The position numbers and the translations under genes were made by a program. A DNA stretch of 64,000 nt, taken from positions 32,001-96,000 of the forward strand of contig CAZVGK010000003.1 of NCBI GenBank assembly GCA_964626665.1. Reading direction: 5' to 3'. Source of the DNA: an uncultured Gemmatimonadota bacterium. Its GTDB lineage: Bacteria; SM23-81; DAOVCL01. Positions 38,202 through 47,400 of the stretch are shown here, in pieces; within the stretch, counting starts at the first letter, position 1; each line of letters starts with the position of its first letter. The notes beneath the pieces were generated by a model that did no database searches, was not told where the DNA came from, and saw nothing but the letters and a program-made list of their open reading frames with translations.

Positions 38202-38357
38202 CTCTCCCTCCTTCTTTTAAGTTCCCAATTTACATTGAACCTAAACATTCTTCTGCCTAAGTGCCGACATAGTGGAGAAAAATAGGGTCAGGAATAAAAC
38301 AGACTCTATGTTCAAAATGGCATAGCAATTTCTAACTGTTCCCTTCCCCCCCTACAG

Positions 38358-39929
38358 CTACTTAAGCAAGATTGTCTTCTTTATCTCCACAAAATCCCCA
38401 GCTTTTAGCCGATAGAAGTAGATCCCACTGGAGATTTCCTTGCCCAAATCATCCCTTGCATCCCAACTTACTGAGTAGTAGCCAGGAGTTTGCCTCTTAT
38501 TCACTAGAGTCCTAACCTTCTGCCCCAGCACATTGTAAATCTTCAGGCTGACCGCTGATTGCTGATCGCGGATAGCTGGTAGTTGGTAACGAATGAGGGT
38601 GGTGGAGTTAAAGGGATTAGGATAGTTCTGAGATAAGCGGAACCCCCTTGGAACCAAGAAGTGGGGAATATCTTGGACAAAATCGTAGGTTTTGGCCCTG
38701 TAATGAAATCCCATATCCACCACCTCACTATCCGGAACGGAATCTGTCCTCGTGGTATAACATCCAAGCCCTAAGCTTTCTGCAGAAGCACTTCCAGCAT
38801 CCACACACGGACTTTGTTCAACCTGACCGGCTGCTATCTGGCTGAGATAGTACTCCCCTTCTGGATCTATGGCAAAGGCGGGATCCCTAAAGATATTGAA
38901 GAAACTATCGCAGGGAATGCCATTGCAATTTAGCCCCCAAGTTGTGTCCCCTATGCCAGCAGGGCATCCAGTGAAATTCCCTCCCTCATTAACCCAAAAA
39001 TCGTTGTAGAGAATAAGTGGAGTGGCATCATAACAGTAGATACCCTTAGAATTCTCTGCAAGTATGTTATTGGTTATCTCTATGTGGCATTCGTTGCATA
39101 AAGCGAGGGATATTCCACCCCCTAAATTGCTACCAACCTTATTGCCTACTATCGTGTTATTGATTATACTTAGAGAACCTGCTAAAAGGAGACAACCAAT
39201 TCCACCTCCAGCCCCATTATCTTGATATGTAGCTTCGTTGCGAACGATTAGATTGTTCTGAATCTCTGGGCAAGAGCTGTCAATAACCGCAATCCCCGCG
39301 CCTGTGGGAAGAACTTCCCCATCATAAGCAAACAGAGCATTATCAGCGACTACATTACTTATAATGATAGGGGATGACTTACAGCAGTATATGCCAGCTC
39401 CCATAACTGCCCCCCGGGAAAAAATGCTATGCACGGAATTATGAGCAATTATGTTATGAAAAATGAGAGCTTTGGACCCTTCTATACAGGCTACTCCAGC
39501 GCCGTAGTATCCATTAACCGTATTGGAAATAACTCGGTTGTCGAGAACCCTTGGGGAAGATGCTTGACAGAGAATCCCAGCACCCCCTCCACCCCAAATA
39601 ACTAAACCATTTGTTATTGTAAATCCCTGGATAACAGAGGTAGTATCTTCTCCGGATATAAATGACACGACGGTCCCAGCACTATCGCCATCGATAACTG
39701 TTGACTCCGCTCCTGCTACACTTGTTAGCAGAATTCCTTTACCTTTGAAATCAATCCTTTCTACATAAGTCCCACTGGAAACCAGAACAGTATCATCATC
39801 ATTGGCATTGTCTATCCCTTCTTGAATGCTCGGAAAATCTGAGGGAACCCTAATAGTCCTTGTATTGGCAACTCTGACTAAAAACGGAACCAGCAATGTC
39901 AACATAAGCATTGTAAAAATCTTTTTCAC
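38358..39929 (-). CDS. right-handed beta-helix protein with T9SS-type CTD (gene E)
   Basis: TIRVP.D..SIQ.GID, GTY.E.I.F.GK, GGGI/N.I..N repeats; CTD; GTG start with AAGGAG SD. Confidence 0.85.
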   Translation of the reverse strand: MKKIFTMLMLTLLVPFLVRVANTRTIRVPSDFPSIQEGIDNANDDDTVLVSSGTYVERIDFKGKGILLTSVAGAESTVIDGDSAGTVVSFISGEDTTSVIQGFTITNGLVIWGGGGAGILCQASSPRVLDNRVISNTVNGYYGAGVACIEGSKALIFHNIIAHNSVHSIFSRGAVMGAGIYCCKSSPIIISNVVADNALFAYDGEVLPTGAGIAVIDSSCPEIQNNLIVRNEATYQDNGAGGGIGCLLLAGSLSIINNTIVGNKVGSNLGGGISLALCNECHIEITNNILAENSKGIYCYDATPLILYNDFWVNEGGNFTGCPAGIGDTTWGLNCNGIPCDSFFNIFRDPAFAIDPEGEYYLSQIAAGQVEQSPCVDAGSASAESLGLGCYTTRTDSVPDSEVVDMGFHYRAKTYDFVQDIPHFLVPRGFRLSQNYPNPFNSTTLIRYQLPAIRDQQSAVSLKIYNVLGQKVRTLVNKRQTPGYYSVSWDARDDLGKEISSGIYFYRLKAGDFVEIKKTILLK

Positions 39930-40039
39930 AATAGTTGCTCTCCTTTTTGCAGGGTTCTCGCCCCACTTAAACCTAAACATCCTCAGGTCTAATGAAAATG
40001 GCAGACCAATTTCTGACTATTCCTTTCTTCTCGCCCCAG

Positions 40040-42160
40040 CTACTTAAGCAAGATCATCTTCTTCGCCTCCACAAAATCCCCCGCTTTAATCCGGTAAAAG
40101 TAGATTCCGCTGGCTACCTCCTGGCCTGCCATATCCTTACCATCCCAGATAGCCCGATAAACTCCTGTCCTCTGCCTCTTGCCTACCAATACCCTCACTT
40201 TTTCCCCTACAACATTATAGATCGATAGCTTTACCTGAGACTCCTTAGCCAGGGAATACTCTATGCTGGTCACGGGATTGAAGGGGTTGGGATAGTTCTG
40301 AGCAAGGGAGAAAGAACGAGGCACAAACCCAGGCCTAATTGTCTGCACACCTGTCAACCCAAACCAATCGTGCAGGATGTTCCGCATCAGCGTATCCGCC
40401 TGGAGAGTGAGGGTGCTGGTATCGGCACAATCAACGATGGCCCCAAAACACCAGGGCAGAAAAACTGTCTTAAACCCCTTGGCACTCGGAAACCTGGTGC
40501 CACTGTTAGAACCACTTTGAACCTCCAGGAAGATATCCACCCCCTGAGGTGTGGCCTCGGTATAATCTGCCCGGTTGGCTACCCCTACACAGGTTGGATG
40601 TAGCTCTACAGGGTCATAATAGAAGTCCCCGGATACCGGATCGTCCTCAGCTACTCCATAAAATGTTGTATCTCCCGGGCCGATCGTATCCTGCATATTG
40701 GGATCGCTAACACAGGATTGAACCCCCAGATAGTCATAGGCAAACTCCCCAGGCTCAAAACTGACCTCTACCCCACTCTCTATACCCCTCCTCCAGAAAT
40801 AGTCCTGATCGGCAAGGAAAAGCTTCCCCCCATTATTCAGATACTTGATAAGCGGATATTCAGACTCCGACTCCAAGGTGTCCGGTCGAGGAAGATTGCC
40901 ACATCCCCAGCCAAACCAGATTATGGCATCCCATTGGTTACAGACCACAGAGCTGTCTATCCCCTTGCTCTCCTCAGCAAACCAGGTGGGCTCATAGGAG
41001 TAGCCCAGCCTGTCCAACAGATCCTCATAGTATCCAGCCCTCTGCTTACTAACATCACCATCTCCTACCAGAAGTATCTGTGCCCCGGGGTTCTGTGGCT
41101 CCTTGATGACAAAGGACTTAGCCTCATCTCCACAGTCCCCTGCCCACTTGCTGGGCTTGCCATCGTTGTCCACACAGGTGCACCAATAGTCTACAGTATC
41201 TCCAACAGAGAATGGGCCCGAAAGATATCCAGTAGCCAGAAATCTGTTCCGTTTGACCTTACTGATGATCATAGCCACCTTTGATGTATCCTCTGAACCA
41301 CTCACCGTATAATACAAGGTGGCCTCAGTTACCAAGCCATCCAGATCGGACATCAGGGCGGTTATCCTAATGTTCTCCCTCAACCAGGTATTGCTCTTCT
41401 GCTGGCTAGACTCTACGAAAGGAGGAACACCCTCATAATAGTTGACAACCGCCCTCATATTAAGCTCAGGGTAGAGAGAACAAGGGGGCCAACGGCAAGG
41501 GAAGTACCAATGGCCATCATGCCCAAAAGTAAACCGCCAATGGGGGAAATGATCTTCACAAAAAGGAATAAAGGTATGCTGGCTATAATCATCATAAAAG
41601 ATGTGAGGCTTCGCCTCATTGTCGGACCTATAGCCTACCCCAAAGAGGCTATCCCCTGGGAATTGCCGGACAAACCCTGCACTTTCAGGATAGGAGGTGA
41701 AATCCACCACTTCCCAACCACCACTACCAGAGACATTCCAGCTCAAATCGGTGGGCAACTCATTATCGATCACTGGCCAGGGGTGGGAGGAATCGCTGGA
41801 AAAGTATCCATACCGACAGACGAACAGCTTGGCTGTCCCTCCACTGGCGAACATACCATGAACCTCATACAGCGAACAGTTGGCAACAGGCCTGAACCAA
41901 TTTAGCATGCTGTCATAAGCGACGACATATTGGCTAACATCGCCAAAAGGGACACCATTACACCAGGTCATAGTATCAATGACCATACCATTAGTCGATA
42001 CTATATGATGCCTCAAACCAGTATCATCTATAAGTCCAACCTCCCCACCTGTCATAGAAGTTAAACCTAACCTCTGGTTATCCGGATTCAATGCATAAAG
42101 GGACAAGACCAATGTAATCAAGATCATCGATAAAATTACAACTACAATGAACTTACCCAT
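40040..42160 (-). CDS. secreted protein with T9SS-type CTD (paralogue B, mosaic)
   Basis: paralogue of A and C; CTD LAQNYPNPFN..KKMILLK. Confidence 0.85.
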   Translation of the reverse strand: MGKFIVVVILSMILITLVLSLYALNPDNQRLGLTSMTGGEVGLIDDTGLRHHIVSTNGMVIDTMTWCNGVPFGDVSQYVVAYDSMLNWFRPVANCSLYEVHGMFASGGTAKLFVCRYGYFSSDSSHPWPVIDNELPTDLSWNVSGSGGWEVVDFTSYPESAGFVRQFPGDSLFGVGYRSDNEAKPHIFYDDYSQHTFIPFCEDHFPHWRFTFGHDGHWYFPCRWPPCSLYPELNMRAVVNYYEGVPPFVESSQQKSNTWLRENIRITALMSDLDGLVTEATLYYTVSGSEDTSKVAMIISKVKRNRFLATGYLSGPFSVGDTVDYWCTCVDNDGKPSKWAGDCGDEAKSFVIKEPQNPGAQILLVGDGDVSKQRAGYYEDLLDRLGYSYEPTWFAEESKGIDSSVVCNQWDAIIWFGWGCGNLPRPDTLESESEYPLIKYLNNGGKLFLADQDYFWRRGIESGVEVSFEPGEFAYDYLGVQSCVSDPNMQDTIGPGDTTFYGVAEDDPVSGDFYYDPVELHPTCVGVANRADYTEATPQGVDIFLEVQSGSNSGTRFPSAKGFKTVFLPWCFGAIVDCADTSTLTLQADTLMRNILHDWFGLTGVQTIRPGFVPRSFSLAQNYPNPFNPVTSIEYSLAKESQVKLSIYNVVGEKVRVLVGKRQRTGVYRAIWDGKDMAGQEVASGIYFYRIKAGDFVEAKKMILLK

Positions 42161-42266
42161 CTCTCCCTCCTTTCTTCTAATCAAACCTTAACCCCTGAGG
42201 CAAAACCTTTGTAACAACTCATCCTCTACCCCAGAGGGTTAATGAGGCAGGATTCTAATGCCAGGC

Positions 42267-44390
42267 TTACTTGAGCAAAATCATCCTCCTGGTCTCCACA
42301 AAACCCCCAGACCGAAGCCTGTAAAAGTAAATACCGCTGGCAAATAAACTTGCATCCCACCTTGCAGTCTTGTAACCAGCCCTCTGCTTCCTATCAATCA
42401 AACTTGCCACCCTCTTTCCTAAGATGTTGAACACATCCAACCTCACCCAGCAATCCCTGGGCAACGCATACCTGATCTGGGTGACAGGGTTGAAGGGGTT
42501 GGGATAGTTCTGAGCAAGGGAGAAAGAACGAGGCACAAACCCAGGCCTAATTGTCTGCACACCTGTCAACCCAAACCAATCGTGCAGGATGTTCCGCATC
42601 AGCGTATCCGCCTGGAGAGTGAGGGTGCTGGTATCGGCACAATCAACGATGGCCCCAAAACACCAGGGCAGAAAAACTGTCTTAAACCCATTGGCACCCC
42701 CTAACCTGGTGCCACTGTATTCTCCGCTTTTCCCTCCCTTGAAGATGTTCACACCCTGAGCTGTAGCCTGAGTATAATCCCCCCAGTTGGCTATCCCTAT
42801 ACACCTCAGATGAATAACTACAGGCTCATCAACGAAATCACCAGATACAGGATCATCAATATCTACTCCATAAAATATCGTATCTCCAAGGCTGATCGTA
42901 TCCTGCATATTGGGATCGCTGATGCAGGATTGAATCCCCAGATAGTCATAGGCAAACTCCCCAGGCTCAAAACTGACCTCTATCCCACTCTCTATACCCT
43001 TCCTCCAGAAATAGTCCTGATCGGCCAGAAGGAACTTCCCCCCATCATTCAGATACCTGATGAGCGGATATTCAGACTCCGACTCTAAGGTATCTGGCCA
43101 AGGCAGATACCCACATCCCCAGCCAAACCAGATTAGGGCATCCCATCCCTTGCCCTCATAGGTGTGGAGAACTACTGAGCTGTCTATCCCCTTGTTCTCC
43201 TCAGTAAACCAAGTGGGCTCATAGGAATAGCCCAGCCTTTCCAGTAAATCCTTGTAATACTTAGACCTCTGCTTGTTAACATTCCCGTCACCTACCAGAA
43301 GTATCTGTGCTCCGGGGTTCTGCGGCTCCTTGATGACAAAGGACTTAACCTCGTCTCCACACTCCCCTGTCCACCTGCTGGGTTTGCCATCGTTGTCCAC
43401 ACAGGTGCACCAATAGCTTATAGTATCACCTATGGAAAATGGACCAGGAAGATAACCAGTAGCCAAAAATCTGTTCCATTTGGCCATACTGATGCTCATA
43501 ACCACCTCTGCTGTGTCCCCTGAACCACTCACCGTATAATGCAAGGTAGCCTCAGCAATCCAGCCATCAAGATCGGATAGCAGGGCAGTTATCCTGATGT
43601 TCTCCCTCAACCAGGTATTGCTCTTCTGCTGGATAGACTCCACGAAGGGGGGAACACCTTCATAATAGTTGACAACCGCCCTCATATTGAGTTCAGGGTA
43701 GAGAGACCAGGGCCAAGGGCAAAAGAAGTACCAATGGCCATCATGCTCATAAGTAAAACGCCAATGGGGGAAATGATCTTCACAAAAAGGAATAAAGGTA
43801 TGCTGGCTATAATCATCATAAAAGATGTGAGGCTTCGCCTCATTGTCGGACCTATAGCCTACCCCAAAGAGGCTATCCCCTGGGAATTGCCGGACAAACC
43901 CTGCACTTTCAGGATAGGAGGTGAAATCCACCACTTCCCAACCACCACTACCAGAGACATTCCAGCTCAAATCGGTGGGCAACTCATTATCGATCACTGG
44001 CCAGGGGTGGGAGGAATCGCTGGAAAAGTATCCATACCGACAGACGAACAGCTTGGCTGTCCCTCCACTGGCGAACATACCATGAACCTCATACAGCGAA
44101 CAGTTGGCAACAGGCCTGAACCAATTTAGCATGCTGTCATAAGCGACGACATATTGGCTAACATCGCCAAAGGGGACACCATTACACCAGGTCATAGTAT
44201 CAATACAAACACCCTTTGAAGATATACCTATATTGTGCTTCAAGCCACCATTCCCAATTAGTTCAGCCTGCCCCTTCCTCATAGAAATCAGTCTAAGCTG
44301 GTAGTCATCGACATTTGAACCGTAAAGGGATGAACCAACCAAAGCCAAAATGGCCACTGAAAATACAAATCCAATAATAATCTTACGCAC
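42267..44390 (-). CDS. secreted protein with T9SS-type CTD (paralogue C)
   Basis: GTG start with GGAGG SD; paralogue of A and B. Confidence 0.85.
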   Translation of the reverse strand: MRKIIIGFVFSVAILALVGSSLYGSNVDDYQLRLISMRKGQAELIGNGGLKHNIGISSKGVCIDTMTWCNGVPFGDVSQYVVAYDSMLNWFRPVANCSLYEVHGMFASGGTAKLFVCRYGYFSSDSSHPWPVIDNELPTDLSWNVSGSGGWEVVDFTSYPESAGFVRQFPGDSLFGVGYRSDNEAKPHIFYDDYSQHTFIPFCEDHFPHWRFTYEHDGHWYFFCPWPWSLYPELNMRAVVNYYEGVPPFVESIQQKSNTWLRENIRITALLSDLDGWIAEATLHYTVSGSGDTAEVVMSISMAKWNRFLATGYLPGPFSIGDTISYWCTCVDNDGKPSRWTGECGDEVKSFVIKEPQNPGAQILLVGDGNVNKQRSKYYKDLLERLGYSYEPTWFTEENKGIDSSVVLHTYEGKGWDALIWFGWGCGYLPWPDTLESESEYPLIRYLNDGGKFLLADQDYFWRKGIESGIEVSFEPGEFAYDYLGIQSCISDPNMQDTISLGDTIFYGVDIDDPVSGDFVDEPVVIHLRCIGIANWGDYTQATAQGVNIFKGGKSGEYSGTRLGGANGFKTVFLPWCFGAIVDCADTSTLTLQADTLMRNILHDWFGLTGVQTIRPGFVPRSFSLAQNYPNPFNPVTQIRYALPRDCWVRLDVFNILGKRVASLIDRKQRAGYKTARWDASLFASGIYFYRLRSGGFVETRRMILLK

Positions 44391-44496
44391 TTCTCCCTCC
44401 TTTCTCCTAATCAAACCTTAACCCCTGAGGCAAATCCTTAGTAACGGTTCATCCTCCACCCCAGAGGGGTTGCTAAGTCTGGCTCGAATGTCACTA

Positions 44497-47400
44497 CTAT
44501 TTCAGCAAGATCATTTTTTTGACTCCCACAAAATCTCTTGCCACTAGCCTATAAAAATAGATGCCACTGGAGACTGGAGCCCCATCTTCATCCTTCCCAT
44601 CCCAGATGACCCGGTAGTAGCCAGGAGCCTGCTTCTTATTAATCAACGTCCTTACCTCCTGGCCTAAGATATTGTAAACCTTCAGGCTGACTTTTGACGG
44701 CTGATCGCTGACCGCTGGGATGGTGTAGCGGATAAGGGTGGTGGGGTTAAACGGATTGGGGTAGTTCTGCGAGAGGGAAAACGACTTGGGGAGAGTGGAG
44801 CGCGCCTCCTGGTCCTCCTCAACCCCAGTAGCTCCCCAAAGCCAGTTGAGAATCCTATGCAAGAACTCCACCCTGGAGTGAATGGGCTCCACCCCCTCCA
44901 GGCCAAAGGCCAAGAAGACCAACCTGTAATCCCCATTGTCTACAGCCAAAGCCCCAGTCCCACTGGAGATTATTTGACCATCTTCTCCCGAGGTGGTGTC
45001 ATACACCAAGATGGAGAATGCCGGTGGGATAGGATCGATCTCCCCTGGGGCATCTTGCGCATTATCATCCGTCTGGTTCAACTCTATGTTTAGTCCATCG
45101 ATCACCGGATTATTATCTACCCCTAAGAGATAATGATAATAAGTGGATGGGGAGATATAATCGGCATAGAGATAGTCTCTGTAAAAGTCCGTTCCCTGCT
45201 GCCCATAAAGTGCCCATTGCCCGGAGATAAGCAGTGATCCTCCGCCATCCAGGTAGGTCTTCAAATGCTCCCTATCCTCAGAGGTCAATGGACAGGGCAT
45301 CTCCCCTCCCATATACCAGATCACATTCCTGAACCTCATCAGGTTCTCCTCGGACAATGGTCCATTGGCGTCCACATCCCAGACCTCGAACATCACTCCC
45401 AGACTTTCCAGGACCTCTGCATAATAACCCCGGTTATCCACCAATCCATCATCCTCCACCAGAAGGGATCTCCCCCAACCCACTGCCAGACTAAAGCTCA
45501 ATTCCTTGGTGTAACAGCCTTCACCCTCTGAGACTCTCACCTGGAAGGGGATAATCGGATCGGTTAGAGAATCGGCAATCTGGACGGTAAGGCTGTCCAT
45601 ACTATTTGCTGCTATCGAGTCAACTGGTATATCGGGAAAGTTCGCCGTGTTGTCCAGAACCACTGCGTCCGCACTCTCCGTGCTCAAGACTACCTTAGTG
45701 CCAGATGCCTTTCTGCCTCCATCATTTCTCAGGTAGAGCAAAATGTTGCAGGTCTCCCCAGGATCGGGAATCCCGTTATGGTTTCCCCCTATATCATCCA
45801 GGGAGACGGTCTCCAATCCTATCTCAGGTTCCAGAACCTTCATCTTTAATGTATTATCCCAGGAGTCCCCCTTAGAGTCAGTGATGAGAAAAGAGCAAAA
45901 GATCTTATGGTTCACCGGTATATCTGGGGAAAGGGATAAAAGCAGGTTATCCGCTGGCAAAGAGGAGTCAGCAGGAAGGATATTGCCATAGCTGGCTAAA
46001 CCATTCAGAATGGTTACATAAGGATCCTTACTCCAAAGATGGACTTTCGTATCAGGCGCCATAGCATCCCCAAAGTTTCTGATCATACCAGCAACCCCCA
46101 CTATCTCCCCTGGATCTGGATAGCCATTGCCATTGCCCTGGGTTCCCCCTCCTCCATCGTCCTGGATCTGATGGCCGGTGAGGGAGAGAAGGGCTCCCGA
46201 GGCTACGGTATCACTTCCCACCCAGACATCATCCACATAGTAACCTTCTGAGACATCCCCACCATCGCTGACAAACCTTAATCTAACCTTCATCTCTGTT
46301 CCACAGGGGTAAATGGGAGAGAGGTCATATCTGTCCTCTAACCAACTGTTGCCAATGAGGACTGAGTCCAGGGCCCCTCCACTGGCGATGAAATCCAACA
46401 CCCTCCAGCCAGAGCCATCATTTGTCTCCACATAGATGCCATCTGTCCCATAGGTGGTGGTCTCATACCAGAGCCAGAAGGAGAGGACAGACTTAGGGGG
46501 CAGAACCAGTTCAGGGGTTTCCAGATAGCAATCCATATTGTTATCATAACTCCAACTGCCCTCGTGCCCACAATACCAGCTATAGTTGCCAGAGTGAGCC
46601 CGCTGGGTGGTCAGATGCCAGAGATCATCGGTTCCTTCGTGGATCCATTCGCCTGATCCTGCCTCCATACTATCCGAAAAGCCCGGTTGGCCAATAGTCA
46701 AAATGAATCCATCTTGGAAGCTTTCTCCCTCTTGTGTGCTGCAATCAAGGAGAACTTTGGTAAAATGAGGTGCAACACAACCAGATAGGGCAGTCACACC
46801 TATCGTCCCCACTTCCGTGGAGCCTGGGGGAATATCGCCAAAATCCACCATGCACCTTGGAAACTCCACACAGGAGTCTTGAGTGGAGACTATGCCCTCC
46901 ACTCCTTTAGCCAGACCACCACCAACATTGGCTAAAGTGAGGGATAGCTCCGCCTCTTCACCCGGTTCCAAGACCCCATCCTCACCATCATTGATAGTAT
47001 ATCCCTCAAAAACCAACACCGGTGCGACAACAAGCAGATTTAGTGCCTGCTCACAGGTGTCCCCTTGGGAATCGGTGAGAAAGAGGGTAAAGGGGATAGC
47101 ATAATTGTTGCTCGCCTCTGCCGACAAAGAGAAACCGAATGAGGAAGATGCTGTATCGGATGAGCCTATATCGCCAAACTGCGCGGTGCTATCGGTAATC
47201 TGCACTAAGGTATCGTCTGTTCTCAAGAGGCCTGTAACCTCAGAGGCTGTATGACTGCCCAGATTCTTCAGGGTGACCACCAGATCCACAGTTTCACCTG
47301 GGTTTAGCTCTCCGTCGCCATTTCCTCCGGTTCCATCTTGAATAGCAGTTCCCCAATAGGAAAGATAAGCTCCCTCACCCTGCACTGGTATCTGAGCCTC

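Noticed and set aside
38318-38334. sigma54 promoter (TGGCATAGCAATTTCT)
   Set aside because: Lacks the -12 GC, points against the array, and is part of the type 2 spacer
41461-43760. Diversity-generating retroelement (TR/VR) behind the variable loop of paralogues B and C
   Set aside because: Differences are not adenine-specific and include an indel; both copies are in full genes; no reverse transcriptase in the window
35416-44496. Spacers between CTD genes as attC sites or CRISPR repeats
   Set aside because: No RYYYAAC/GTTRRRY pairing or attC-like dyad; copies are kilobases apart and diverged; no cas genes
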